The notes: a model not told the origin generated them from the letters alone. DNA of 64,000 nucleotides from Thermoanaerobaculia bacterium (GCA_963816185.1 CAWFJJ010000028.1:544001-608000); one strand, 5' to 3'; positions 1-9,980 are shown, numbered from the stretch's first letter. Numbers and translations are program-made.

Positions 1-1259
1 AGGACGGACAGGCCGTCGAGACCCGTGATCTCGACGTTCTCGCCTGCGGCGACCGGCGCGGACGACCGCGCCTCCCAGATCGCGCCGTCCACGAAGATCT
101 TGCCCGTCGGTGCGAGGTCCGTCCGGGCGGCGACGATCTGACCCACGAGAACGCCGGCGCCGGTGCGGTCCGGCAGCCTCTTCACGGCGAGGGCCCTGAA
201 GGAAAGCAGGGCGAGAATCGCCGCGGTCGTGACGGCGCCCGCCACGAGCGTCACGAGCTCGCCGCGCGGCGCGCCGGGCCGTTCAGGGAACAGCAGGAGC
301 GCTCCCAGGATGATCGCGACCGCGCCGCCCACGGCAAGGACGCCGTGCGACGCGAGCTTGATCTCGAGAAAGAAGAACAGGGCTCCGAGCACGAGAAGGC
401 CTACTCCGGCGCCGTTCACCGGCAGGACCGACATCGCGAAGAGCGCGAGGAGGAGACAGATCGCCCCGAGGACTCCGGGCAGGATCCCGCCCGGGTGCGA
501 GAGCTCGGAATAGAGGCCTACGAGCCCGACGAGAAACAGGAGTCCCGCGAGCGCGGGGCTCGCGAGGACGCCGAGGAACTTCTCCCGCTTCGTCATCTCC
601 TTGACCTCGGTCTTGAGGCCGGCCGTCTTCAGGATCACGTCGGGCTTTCCGACTCGCTTCGCGGTCCGCCCGTCGAGGCGCGTCAGGAGATCCGGAATGT
701 CGCGCGCGATGACCTCGATCAGCTTTCGCTTCTCGGCTTCGGTCTCGGAATACGACGCCGCGTCGCTCACGGCCTTCACGGCATCGTCCACGGGACGGCC
801 GCGGGGCTCGGTCACCGAGCGCAGGAGCGCCGAGACGTCCTGTCCGATTTTCTTCGCGATCGTCTTCGGTAGGTCTTCTCCGCTGCCGCCCACGGGCGAC
901 GCGGCGCCCGCGTTCGTGCCCGGCGCCATCGCCGCGACGTCGCACGACATCAGGACGATGAATCCGGCGGAAGCCGCCTGCGACCCCGGAGGCGCGACCC
1001 ACCCCACGACGGGCACGCGCGAGCTGAGGATCGCCTGTGTGATCGTCCGTGTGGAATCGAGACGTCCGCCCGGCGTGTCGATGCGGATGATGACGAGCGG
1101 CGCCCGCGCGTCACCCGCCTCGTTGATCGCCTGCACGATGAAGCGCGCGCTGACCGCATTGATGTCCGTGTCGAGGTCCACCACGGGAACCGGCGCGGAC
1201 GGCGGGGCCGCCGAAACCGCAAGCGACCCGAAGAGGAGAACGGCCGCCACGAAGCGCAC
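1..1259 (-). CDS. nfeD: NfeD family membrane-bound serine protease (ClpP-like domain, TM helices, C-terminal OB fold); runs off the window start
   Basis: Manual translation of the minus frame (not in the ORF track): VRFVAAVLLFGSLAV...IRIDTPGG...GSQAASAG...AAMAPGTNAGAASPV...ELSHPGGILPGVLG...GKIFVDGAIWEARS. GTG at 1259 lies 6 nt after TATAAT. Confidence 0.88.
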   Translation of the reverse strand, partial: MRFVAAVLLFGSLAVSAAPPSAPVPVVDLDTDINAVSARFIVQAINEAGDARAPLVIIRIDTPGGRLDSTRTITQAILSSRVPVVGWVAPPGSQAASAGFIVLMSCDVAAMAPGTNAGAASPVGGSGEDLPKTIAKKIGQDVSALLRSVTEPRGRPVDDAVKAVSDAASYSETEAEKRKLIEVIARDIPDLLTRLDGRTAKRVGKPDVILKTAGLKTEVKEMTKREKFLGVLASPALAGLLFLVGLVGLYSELSHPGGILPGVLGAICLLLALFAMSVLPVNGAGVGLLVLGALFFFLEIKLASHGVLAVGGAVAIILGALLLFPERPGAPRGELVTLVAGAVTTAAILALLSFRALAVKRLPDRTGAGVLVGQIVAARTDLAPTGKIFVDGAIWEARSSAPVAAGENVEITGLDGLSV

Positions 1260-1265
1260 GAGGCC

Positions 1266-1286
1266 ATTATAGGTTCGTGCTAGAAC
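1266..1286. promoter_or_regulatory. Divergent -10 boxes for two apparently leaderless genes
   Basis: TATAAT on minus (1266-1271) is 6 nt before GTG 1259. TGcTAGAAC on plus (1278-1286) is 6 nt before ATG 1293. No Shine-Dalgarno on either side. Confidence 0.6.
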
Positions 1287-1292
1287 GCGCCG

Positions 1293-2162
1293 ATGCGCTG
1301 GAAGCCTGTCGACGTTCTGACGACGCTGTTCGCGACCGCCCTCCTGGCGGCCGGGCTGATGCGGTTCGAAGCACTGGAAAACCGGGGGGTGCTTCTGAGA
1401 ATGGGGCTGGTTGCCGTCGTTCCGGCGCTGATCGCCATGCTCCGTGGCCGCAATCCGAACCCGTCTAGGAGTCTTCAAATTCTCCTGGATTTCTACATCA
1501 TCGGCTGCGTCGTCGTGATCTTCGACGGGCTCGGCCCGCTCATTCGTGCCGTCCACCCCGTCGATTACGACGCCGCGCTCATCGCGTTCGACCGCGCGCT
1601 CTTCGGAACGGACCCGACCGTGGCGCTCGAGAAGATCGCGACGCCCTTCCTCTCGGACGTCCTGACGGTCTTCTACGCGCTCTACTACTTCCACCCCATC
1701 GTCCTCGGGACGCTCGTGCTCCTCGACGACCGCGATCGCCCCGCGCTCGAGCGCGATTTCCCCCGCTTCGCGTTCGTCATCGTGTTCGTGTTCTACGTCA
1801 GCTACTTGTGCTACTTCCTCGTGCCCGCGATCGGCCCCCGCTACACGCTCGTACACGCCGGGCCGCTGCCGCGGGGCGCGATCTCGCAGGCGATCGACCA
1901 CACGCTCGACGTCCTCGAGAAGAACAAGCGCGACTGCTTTCCCTCGGGCCACACGATGGTCCTCGTGGCCATCCTCCTCGAGGCGCGTCGCCGATCGAAG
2001 AAGACGTTCTGGGCATTCCTGCCGTTCGCGGTCGGCCTGATTCTCGCCACGGTCTACTGCCGGTACCACTACGTCGCGGACGTGCTCGCGGGCCTTGCCC
2101 TCGCATTCGTGACGGTCCTGCTCGGGAACGCGCTTTACAGGCGCTTCGCCACCAGCCGATAG
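1293..2162 (+). CDS. PAP2 superfamily membrane protein, AUR1/inositol-phosphorylceramide-synthase-like
   Basis: Multiple TM helices; motifs PAIGPRY, RDCFPSGH and YCRYHYVADVLAG. Confidence 0.8.
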   Translation: MRWKPVDVLTTLFATALLAAGLMRFEALENRGVLLRMGLVAVVPALIAMLRGRNPNPSRSLQILLDFYIIGCVVVIFDGLGPLIRAVHPVDYDAALIAFDRALFGTDPTVALEKIATPFLSDVLTVFYALYYFHPIVLGTLVLLDDRDRPALERDFPRFAFVIVFVFYVSYLCYFLVPAIGPRYTLVHAGPLPRGAISQAIDHTLDVLEKNKRDCFPSGHTMVLVAILLEARRRSKKTFWAFLPFAVGLILATVYCRYHYVADVLAGLALAFVTVLLGNALYRRFATSR

Positions 2163-3262
2163 CGCCGGTAGATCCGGCCGCCGAAGATTTCGAGGGGCTT
2201 GAGGATGTCGAGGTTGTCCTCGAGCATCCACGAGAACTCCGCCCATTTGTGGCCGATGCGGAGGCCTTCCTTCATGGCCTCGTAATAGAGGACGGCGTCG
2301 ATGCCCCGTTTGCGGTACTCCGGTAGCACCCCGAGCGCCATCGTGCGGCAGCGGTCGATCTTCTTCTTCTCCGTCAGGAACCTCAGCCAGCCGAAGGGAA
2401 ACAGCGACCCGCCCATCTTCACGAGGACCTGGTTGAAATCCGGAAGCGCGAGATGGAACGCGGCGGGCTTCCCGTCGATCTCGGCGAAGAGGATGTAAGG
2501 CGGGTAAATGACGGGCTTGAGCTTCTTCGCCATCGCGTCGATCTCCTCGGACGTCATCGGGACGAAGCCCCAGTTCTTCTCCCACGCCCCGTTGTAGATG
2601 GTCTTCACGATCGCGAGGTCTTCGTCGAACTTGTTCATGCGGATCGGCCGCACGACGAGGTTCGGCTCGCGTCGCCGCACGCCCTCGGCGATGCGCGCGA
2701 GCCGCTTGAACGAGACGTCGCTCACGGGCGCGAGGATCGCGACGAGGTCTTTCTCCTTCGAATAGCCCGCGTCCGCAAAGAGGTCGAGGTAGTACGCGGG
2801 GTTGTACGTCATCATGAGAAACGGCAGCCCCGGGTCGCTCTCCTGGGGCACGAATGCCCCCACCTCGTCGTTGAGCGATGGGTTCGCGGGGCCGCGCAGC
2901 CGGTCGCAGCCCGGCAGCATCTCGCGCACGGCTGCCTCGGCGGCACGGAGAAGAGCGGTCGAGACCTCCCGGTCGTTCTCACTTTCGAAGAATCCGAAGA
3001 ATCCCGTCTTCTCCCCGTGGACCCTGTTGTGTTCATCGTCGACGATCGCCGCGATTCGCCCGACGACCCGGCCGTCTTTTCGCGCCAGAAACAGTCTTCT
3101 CTTCGCGTGCTTCCAGAAAGGGTTCCTCTTTTCGTCAAGAATCCAGCGAACGTCCGAGCGCAGCGGTGGCGGCCAGCTCGGGTCGCCGGCGTAGATCCGA
3201 TACGCCAGCTCGACGAATTCGCGGAGCGCACGGGGCGAGTCGACGGATTCGATCTTGATCAT
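2135..3262 (-). CDS. GNAT-fold N-acyltransferase (YghO-like), putative bacterial ceramide synthase
   Basis: NPFWKHA, VGRIAA, GFFGFFE, MMTYNPAYY, NWGFVPMT, LGVLPEYRKRGID and EFSWMLEDN. Directly downstream of the spt-like gene. Confidence 0.8.
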   Translation of the reverse strand: MIKIESVDSPRALREFVELAYRIYAGDPSWPPPLRSDVRWILDEKRNPFWKHAKRRLFLARKDGRVVGRIAAIVDDEHNRVHGEKTGFFGFFESENDREVSTALLRAAEAAVREMLPGCDRLRGPANPSLNDEVGAFVPQESDPGLPFLMMTYNPAYYLDLFADAGYSKEKDLVAILAPVSDVSFKRLARIAEGVRRREPNLVVRPIRMNKFDEDLAIVKTIYNGAWEKNWGFVPMTSEEIDAMAKKLKPVIYPPYILFAEIDGKPAAFHLALPDFNQVLVKMGGSLFPFGWLRFLTEKKKIDRCRTMALGVLPEYRKRGIDAVLYYEAMKEGLRIGHKWAEFSWMLEDNLDILKPLEIFGGRIYRRYRLVAKRL

Positions 3263-3294
3263 GCTGCCTTGAGGAAATTCGCCTTCGGATTGAA

Positions 3295-3384
3295 GATTGT
3301 CTTAGAAGGGAGATGAAGCCGCGGCGAACGGGAGCGCCAGAGCGACGCGTGAAGGGCCTCGCCCCTTCATGCTTCTAAGAAATC
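3295..3384. repeat. Inverted pair of the dispersed CTTCTAAGAAATC motif (intergenic)
   Basis: GATTGTCTTAGAAG at 3295-3308 and CTTCTAAGAAATC at 3372-3384, with inner ATGAAG/CTTCAT extending the symmetry. Confidence 0.75.
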
Positions 3385-3405
3385 CGAAAACCCCCGGTCC
3401 CCATC

Positions 3406-4635
3406 CTACGAAACCAGCCCCAGCTCCCGGCCCACCTTGTGGAACGCCTCGAGGGCGCGCGTGAGGTGGGCCTTCGTGTGCGTGGCCATGTAGGACGTCC
3501 GGATGAGGGCGCGGCCGGGGGGCGAGCCGGGGCTGACGACGGCGTTCACGAAGACCCCCTCGTCGTCCAGACGCGCGGCCATCTTGAACGCAAGCTCGTC
3601 CGGCCCGACGACGATCGGGATGACGGGCGTCTGGGAGTTGCCGCAGTCGAACCCGATGGCGCGCAGGGCCGTCAACATGAACCGCGTGTTCTCCCAAAGA
3701 CGCTCGCGGCGCTCGGGCTCGTTCTCGATGATGTCGAGCGCGGCGAGGACGGCCGCGACGCAGGCCGGCGGCGGCGCCGCCGTGAACATGAGCGCGCGAG
3801 CCCTGTGCTTGATGAACTTGATGACCTCCGGCTCGCCGACGACGAAGCCTCCCACGGTCGCGAGCGACTTCGAGAACGTACCCATGATGAGGTCGACTTT
3901 GTGCTCGAGGCCGAAGTGCTCGGCGGTGCCGCGACCGTGCTTGCCGAGGACGCCGACGCCGTGCGCATCGTCGATCATGAACGCCACGTCGTAGTCGTCG
4001 CAGATGCTGACGTACTCGGGGACGGGCGCGATATCGCCCTCCATCGAGAAGACGCCGTCGACTACGAGGATCCGCCCGTTGCGGTCGCCGTTCAGGGCGA
4101 GAAGCCGGCGCAGGTCAGCCGGATCGTTGTGCTTGAACTTCTTGACGTCGGCCCCGACCGCGAGGCGCGCGCCGTCGTAGATGCAGGCGTGGTCCTGCCG
4201 GTCGAGGTAGATCGCGTCGCCCTTGCCCGCGAGCGAGGACAGGACGCCGAGGTTGACGAGAAAGCCCGTCGAAAACGTCACGCAGGCCGGTTTCTCCATG
4301 AAAACGGCGAGGCGCTCTTCCAGCTCGACGTGGATGTCGAGCGTCCCGTTCAGGAGGCGGCTGCCGGCGCAGCCCGCGCCGTACTTCCTGACGGCCTCGA
4401 TCGCGCGCTCCTTGATCTTCGGATGCGAGGTCAGGCCGAGGTAGTTGTTCGACCCCAGCATGACCATCTCCCGGCCCCCCATCATGACGACCGGGTCCTG
4501 GCCCGACTCGATGGTCCTGAAGAAGGTAAACAGGCCGGCGGCGCGAAGCTCGTCGGGTACCGTATAAGTTCGACACTTATCGAAAAGTGAGCGGCTCAAG
4601 GCGGGTTCCGCGATGACATTCGACCGACCAAGCAT
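3406..4635 (-). CDS. spt: Serine palmitoyltransferase-like alpha-oxoamine synthase (PLP)
   Basis: FFRTIESGQD, GSNNYLGL, GSRLLNGT, DHACIYDG, DGVFSMEGD, DDAHGVG and DLIMGTFSKSL (PLP lysine). GAGGA precedes ATG 4635; the ORF is open to 4683. Confidence 0.8.
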   Translation of the reverse strand: MLGRSNVIAEPALSRSLFDKCRTYTVPDELRAAGLFTFFRTIESGQDPVVMMGGREMVMLGSNNYLGLTSHPKIKERAIEAVRKYGAGCAGSRLLNGTLDIHVELEERLAVFMEKPACVTFSTGFLVNLGVLSSLAGKGDAIYLDRQDHACIYDGARLAVGADVKKFKHNDPADLRRLLALNGDRNGRILVVDGVFSMEGDIAPVPEYVSICDDYDVAFMIDDAHGVGVLGKHGRGTAEHFGLEHKVDLIMGTFSKSLATVGGFVVGEPEVIKFIKHRARALMFTAAPPPACVAAVLAALDIIENEPERRERLWENTRFMLTALRAIGFDCGNSQTPVIPIVVGPDELAFKMAARLDDEGVFVNAVVSPGSPPGRALIRTSYMATHTKAHLTRALEAFHKVGRELGLVS

Positions 4636-4718
4636 CGATTCATCCTCTGCGGCTGCGGGCCGCGCCCCGTGGTGCTGTCTCATTTCGTGTCCTCTGTCCT
4701 TGGAATTTTACCACCTCG

Positions 4719-5705
4719 CTACGAGATCCAGCCACGCGCGAGATACCACTCCCAGGTGAGCCGTGCGCCAACCGCAAAATCCGTTCGAAATGGCTGACCC
4801 AGAGCAACTTGCGCATCCGACACATCGCAGATCCAGGCGTTCTGGAGCAGCTCGTTTGCTTTATCGGCGTTGAAGACCGGAGGCCCCTTCGCGAGCGCCG
4901 AAAGGGCGCCGACCAGGGAGCCCGCCGCCCGAATCGCCGCGGCGGGAATCGGAAAGAGCCAAGGGCGCCTGGGAGGAAGGGTCGCGAGCGTCTCGGCGAT
5001 GCCCCGGTATTCGAGGACCTCCGGGTGGGCGACGTAAAACGTCTCCCCTTTTCCTCCCCGGTCGAGCGCTCCGAGGACGGCCCGGGCCACGTCTTCGGCG
5101 TACACCATCTGGATGCGAGGCTTCCCGCCCGCGAGAACCGGCACGAAGCCCCGGGAGGCCGCGACGAACAGGTCCCTGATCGCCGTTTCGCGGGGCCCGT
5201 ACACCGCGCTCGGGCGAAGAATCGTGAAGGCGAGACCCGGCGCGTTTCGGACCGCTTCCTCGCCGGCCAGCTTCGACCGACCGTAGGACGAGACGGGGCG
5301 CGGGGAGTCGGCCACGCACACAGGGGCTCCGTTTCGGCTCGGGCCGCCCGCGGCCTGGGAAGACACGAGGACGATGTGAGCGTCCGGCCCCGCCTTCCGA
5401 ACCGCCGAGACGACGTTTGCCGTGCCGGCCGCGTTCGCGGCCATGTATTCAGCCTCGCTCCGGGCCGACGTCTTCCCGGCGACGTGCACCACGGCACTCG
5501 CACCCGCCACCAGCGCCTCGAGCGATTCCGGCCTCCTCACGTCGCCCGGAACGATCTCGACCGGAGTGTCTTTCAGCCAGCCGGGGTTCTCGGGACGGCG
5601 CGCGAGCGCGCGCACCCGGTAGCCCGCCGCGAGAAGGGCGTCGGAGACGTGGCTGCCCACGAATCCACTCCCTCCCGTGAGGGCGACGAGTTCGCCGCGC
5701 GGCAT
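4719..5705 (-). CDS. NAD-dependent epimerase/dehydratase (extended SDR), candidate ceramide/3-ketosphinganine reductase
   Basis: TGGSGFVGSH, VVHVAG, YGRSK and ILRPSAVYGP. ATG 5705 is 6 nt after TACACT. Confidence 0.85.
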   Translation of the reverse strand: MPRGELVALTGGSGFVGSHVSDALLAAGYRVRALARRPENPGWLKDTPVEIVPGDVRRPESLEALVAGASAVVHVAGKTSARSEAEYMAANAAGTANVVSAVRKAGPDAHIVLVSSQAAGGPSRNGAPVCVADSPRPVSSYGRSKLAGEEAVRNAPGLAFTILRPSAVYGPRETAIRDLFVAASRGFVPVLAGGKPRIQMVYAEDVARAVLGALDRGGKGETFYVAHPEVLEYRGIAETLATLPPRRPWLFPIPAAAIRAAGSLVGALSALAKGPPVFNADKANELLQNAWICDVSDAQVALGQPFRTDFAVGARLTWEWYLARGWIS

Positions 5706-5743
5706 CGGGTGAGTGTATCGCTCGACTATGATGCCCTCCCTCG

Positions 5744-7819
5744 ATGCAAAAGAGCCTGTCCGCAGCCGCCCTGGCCCTCGTGCTCGCCGCGCCCGCCTCA
5801 GCCCTCGAGGCACCCCGCAAGATCGTCGACTACGACATCAAGGTCTCCCTCGACCCTGAGACGAAGGTCGTCGAGGGCGTCGAGACGCTTAAGTGGACGA
5901 ACCCGTCAGACGGACCCGTCGGCGAGCTGCGCTTCCACCTCTACTGGAATGCCTTCCGCAACGACCGGTCGACCTTCTTCAAGGAGTCGGGCGGGCGTCT
6001 CCGATGGGATACCGCGGACACCGTCAAAGGTTGGGGCTATACCGACGTGACCTCGATGAAGTGGGACGGCAAAGAGCTCGTGAAGGCGGCCCGCTTCGAG
6101 AGCCCTGACGACGGCAACCCCGACGACCGGACGGTCCTCGTCGTCCCGCTCCCCCGCCCCGTCGCTCCCGGCGAGACCGCGGCCCTCGCGATCGCGTGGA
6201 AGGCAAAGGTCCCGAGGGTCTACGCGCGCGCGGGCTACGTCCGCGACTTCTTCATGTTCGGCCAGTGGTTCCCTGAGATCGGCGTCTACGAGCCGAAGGG
6301 CCGCCGCCGCCGGACGGACCCGGGCTGGAACTGCCACCAGTACCACGCGAACTCCGAGTTCTACGCGGACTGGGGCGACTACCGCGTCGCGATCACGGTG
6401 CCCGAGAAGTTTGTCGTCGGCTCGGCGGGCGCCCTCGTGGATACGAAGATCGCGGGCGGGAAAAAGACTCTGACGTTCGAGCAGAAGTCGATCCACAACT
6501 TCGCCTTCACGGCCGACCCGCGGTACGTCGTCGTCGAGGACGTCTTCGACCCCGCGAAGGACATTCCGGCCGGCGAGGTCGCGCGCGCCTCGAAGACGCT
6601 CGGGCGCTCCGAGACGGACCTCCGCGCCGGGTTTCACAAGGTCGCGATTCGGCTCTACCTCCAGCCTGATCACCGCGCCTTCGACCGCCGGCACATCGAG
6701 GCGCAGAAGTGGGCGCTCGCGTGGACGGGTCTCTGGGCGTTCCCGTACCCGTACGCGCAGGTCTCGATCGTCGACCCGCCCGAAGACGGCATGGGTGCGG
6801 CCGGCATGGAGTACGAGACGATCTACACGACGCTCTCGCTCAAATGGATGTCGCACTGGCCATGCGACCGGCTCTACTTCCCCGAGATGGTCACGATCCA
6901 CGAGTTCACGCACGGCTACTGGATGGGCCTCCTCGCGTCGAACGAGTTCGAGGAGAGCTGGATGGACGAGGGGATCAACACCTTCACCGAGCAGGTGATG
7001 GTGGACCGCAAATACGGCTCGTACGTGAGCGTTCCTCCGGGAGTCGGTTTCAGCGACGAGGAGGTGAATCGCGCGCAGGCCGCGCTCACGCAGGACCACG
7101 ATCCGATCCTCGCGGCCTCGTGGAAGTACGCGACCGAGAGCTCCTATGGGCGCAACTCCTACCCGCAGACCGGCACGACGATCCAGCAGATCCGCAACCT
7201 CCTCGGCGAGGAGACGTTCTGGCGCGCGTTCCGCGGTTACGCCGAGCGCTGGCGTTTCGACCACCCGGCGTCCGAGGACTTCTTCGACTTCATGCGCGCG
7301 AGCGGGAACCCGCTCGTCGCCGACCTCATCCGGAAAACGTGGTACGGCCCCGGCTGGGTCGACTTCGCGATTCTCGATGCGCGCACGAGGGCCGACGACG
7401 GCTTCACGGGCTTCGACGACGCCGAGAAGGCCGTGAACTTCGACCCGGATCCGAAGAAGAAGCCGAAGAAGGAGCCCGACGGGCAGAAGCACAAGGGCCC
7501 ATGGCAGTCGCTCGTCGTCGTCGGCCGCGACGGCGACATCGAGATGCCGGCCCGCGTCGTGATGACGCTCAAGGACGGCACGAAGATCGAGCGCACGTGG
7601 GACGGCGCGAGCGGGTGGGTCAAGTACCACGTGACGTCGTCGTCGCCGCTCGTGAAGGCCGAGGTGGACCCGGAGCGCCGGACGGTCCTCGACCGCAACC
7701 CCTGGAACAACGCCCGCTATACGAAGAACTACGAAGGCCCGTCGGCCGCCGCCAAAGCCCGGACCTACGCCCTGCATCTCGTGGAGATCCTGCTCTCCAC
7801 TCTGTGGGGCGTTCTGTGA
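5744..7819 (+). CDS. Secreted M1 family zinc aminopeptidase
   Basis: Signal peptide; AGMEY and HEFTH...WMDEG (HEXXH-18x-E). Confidence 0.9.
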   Translation: MQKSLSAAALALVLAAPASALEAPRKIVDYDIKVSLDPETKVVEGVETLKWTNPSDGPVGELRFHLYWNAFRNDRSTFFKESGGRLRWDTADTVKGWGYTDVTSMKWDGKELVKAARFESPDDGNPDDRTVLVVPLPRPVAPGETAALAIAWKAKVPRVYARAGYVRDFFMFGQWFPEIGVYEPKGRRRRTDPGWNCHQYHANSEFYADWGDYRVAITVPEKFVVGSAGALVDTKIAGGKKTLTFEQKSIHNFAFTADPRYVVVEDVFDPAKDIPAGEVARASKTLGRSETDLRAGFHKVAIRLYLQPDHRAFDRRHIEAQKWALAWTGLWAFPYPYAQVSIVDPPEDGMGAAGMEYETIYTTLSLKWMSHWPCDRLYFPEMVTIHEFTHGYWMGLLASNEFEESWMDEGINTFTEQVMVDRKYGSYVSVPPGVGFSDEEVNRAQAALTQDHDPILAASWKYATESSYGRNSYPQTGTTIQQIRNLLGEETFWRAFRGYAERWRFDHPASEDFFDFMRASGNPLVADLIRKTWYGPGWVDFAILDARTRADDGFTGFDDAEKAVNFDPDPKKKPKKEPDGQKHKGPWQSLVVVGRDGDIEMPARVVMTLKDGTKIERTWDGASGWVKYHVTSSSPLVKAEVDPERRTVLDRNPWNNARYTKNYEGPSAAAKARTYALHLVEILLSTLWGVL

Positions 7820-8814
7820 CCCCGCTCTCGACAGGCCTCGGCGCCGCCCTCCGCCACCGGCGGCTCGCCGCCGTCCTGTGGCTCTCGCTGCTCGCGCCCG
7901 CGCTCGTCACATGGCTTCCCCTGAAGGCCCTCTTTGCGGCCTTCGACGAAGGCGCCTTCCGCGAGGCCCTCGTGAAGGGCTGGGACGGCTGGGGAATGCT
8001 GTCTTTCCTGAGGATTCAGAGACCCGAAATCATCGTGGTCCTCGCCTCGGTTCTGTGCGCGTTCCTCGTCTTCGCGCTCCTTCAGCTCTTCCTGACGGGC
8101 GGCGTCCTGCGCGTTCTCGTCGACGGCAGACCTCGATCCGTGTTCGCGCGTGTCGTCGCCGAGTCGGCCGTCCTCTTCAAGGCGAACCTCTGGGCGACGG
8201 CGCGCTTCGCGGCGTCGTCACTCTTCTGGCTCGGCCTTCTCGTCGTCCTGCCGGTGAAGATCCTGGCCAAGCTCGGCAAGGACGCGCCGCCGCACACGTT
8301 TCTTCCGGACCTCGCCTTCTGGTGGGCACTCATCGTCGGGGCGATCGTCCTTCTGAACGTCGGCCTGAGGTTCGACCTCGCCCGCATCGCCCTTGCGCGC
8401 GACGACGCCCGAAATGCCCGCGGCGCCTATCGCATCGCGAAGCAGCGTCTCTCGGGCCGGCGCGCCTCGGGAATCCGCATCCTCCTGTTCTGGCTCGTCG
8501 TGTTCCTCGCGGTGCAGGCCCTCTTCACGAGCGCAGGGCTCCGCATGAACCCCCGAACGAACGGAGCCGTCGCCGGGCTCTTCCTCTTCCGACAGATCGG
8601 GTTCTATCTCCTCGCGACGGCTCGCGTCGGTTTCTTCGCGTCCCTTCTCGCGTGGGAGAAGCGCCGTCGCCCGGCCTATTCCGTCATGGGGAGCGCCACC
8701 GGCGGGACGACGTGGAAAGCCAGCGAACCGATCTCGACAAGGGCGCCCGCGAGCGCTTTTCCGGAAACCGGCTCCAGCGTGACGACGAACGGCAGCGCGC
8801 TCTTGTCCTCGTAA
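7816..8814 (+). CDS. Hypothetical integral membrane protein
   Basis: GTG overlaps the peptidase stop (GTGA); about 6 hydrophobic helices. The 3' end overlaps hom on the opposite strand. Confidence 0.7.
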   Translation: MTPLSTGLGAALRHRRLAAVLWLSLLAPALVTWLPLKALFAAFDEGAFREALVKGWDGWGMLSFLRIQRPEIIVVLASVLCAFLVFALLQLFLTGGVLRVLVDGRPRSVFARVVAESAVLFKANLWATARFAASSLFWLGLLVVLPVKILAKLGKDAPPHTFLPDLAFWWALIVGAIVLLNVGLRFDLARIALARDDARNARGAYRIAKQRLSGRRASGIRILLFWLVVFLAVQALFTSAGLRMNPRTNGAVAGLFLFRQIGFYLLATARVGFFASLLAWEKRRRPAYSVMGSATGGTTWKASEPISTRAPASAFPETGSSVTTNGSALLSS

Positions 8815-9980
8815 GGGGCCTGGAACACGGCGTCGATGTTCGCGCCGTGGTTCGCGAGGATGCGCGCGAGGTCCGCGATGATGCCGGGGCGGTCGCGGAC
8901 GACGAACCTCAGATAGAAGGGCGACACGAACTCTTCGGGCGTCGCAGGCACGCACGGCTCGAGAACGCCGAAACCGAGCGGCGGCGCGGCTCGAGCGCCT
9001 CGACGTGCGATTTCCACGACGTCCGCGAGAACGGCCGTCGCCGTCGGGCCGCCGCCAGCCCCGCGCCCGGAGAAGACGAACGGGCCGCCGCTTTCTCCGC
9101 GCACCTCGACCGCGTTGAAAGGGCCCGTCACTTTCGCGAGGAGCGACGCCTCCAAGACGAGGTGCGTCCGGACCGAGAGGAGGAGGTGTCCGCTCTCGAG
9201 GAGGCGCGCCACCGCGAGCTGGCGGGGCGTGCGCAGGAGCATCCGGGCGTAGACGAAATCGCACGGGAGAAGCCGCCTGATTCCCTCTCGCGCGATCTGG
9301 TCGAACGCCACGTCGCGGCCGAACGCGAGTCGCGCGAGCAGCGCGAGTTTGTACGCGGCGTCGTCGCCTCCGACGTCGCTCGCCGGGTCCGCCTCCGCGT
9401 AGCCGAGCCGCTGCGCCTCGGCCAGAACCTCGGCGTACGGGCGCTGCGTCTTCTCCATCTCCGTGAGAATGAAATTGCACGTGCCGTTCAGGATGCCGGA
9501 CACCGCTGTCACGCGGTCGCCCGTGAAGCTCGCGCGCAGCGCTCGCAGGATCGGAATCCCTCCCGCGACCGCCGCCTCGATGCCGAGACCGGCGCCTTTT
9601 TCTCGCGCGAGCCCCTGCAGCTCGGTCCCGTGCCGGGCGAGAAGCAGCTTGTTCGCCGTCACGACGCTCTTGCCCGCAGCCAAAGCGGCGCGGATGAGAC
9701 CGTTCGCGGGCTCGAGCCCGCCGAGCAGCTCGACGACGAGATCCACACCGGGATCCGTCGCGACGGACGCGAGATCGTCCGTCCAGCGTACGCCGTCGCC
9801 GAGGCCGGGATCGCGCTTTCGATCGGAGCTGCGGGTCGCGACGGCCGCGAGAGAGAGGCGAACGCCGCGCCGGGAATCGAGATCGGGTGCCTCCCTCGCG
9901 AGGAGCTTCGCGAACGCCTGGCCCACCGTGCCGAAGCCGATCAGGCCGACGCGAACGGTCCCTGCGGGGTCGCTTTTCAT
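8676..9980 (-). CDS. hom: Homoserine dehydrogenase with C-terminal ACT domain
   Basis: GLIGFGTVG, VVTANK, EAAVAGGIP, GILNGTCNFIL, GYAEADP, GRGAGGGPTA and ACT motif DRPGII. Confidence 0.95.
   Translation of the reverse strand: MKSDPAGTVRVGLIGFGTVGQAFAKLLAREAPDLDSRRGVRLSLAAVATRSSDRKRDPGLGDGVRWTDDLASVATDPGVDLVVELLGGLEPANGLIRAALAAGKSVVTANKLLLARHGTELQGLAREKGAGLGIEAAVAGGIPILRALRASFTGDRVTAVSGILNGTCNFILTEMEKTQRPYAEVLAEAQRLGYAEADPASDVGGDDAAYKLALLARLAFGRDVAFDQIAREGIRRLLPCDFVYARMLLRTPRQLAVARLLESGHLLLSVRTHLVLEASLLAKVTGPFNAVEVRGESGGPFVFSGRGAGGGPTATAVLADVVEIARRGARAAPPLGFGVLEPCVPATPEEFVSPFYLRFVVRDRPGIIADLARILANHGANIDAVFQAPYEDKSALPFVVTLEPVSGKALAGALVEIGSLAFHVVPPVALPMTE

Noticed and set aside
3406-4635. bioF or kbl annotation
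   Set aside because: No bio or tdh genes nearby. The N-terminal FFRTIES, the GTFSKSL motif and the GNAT/SDR neighbours favour Spt, although this is not proven.
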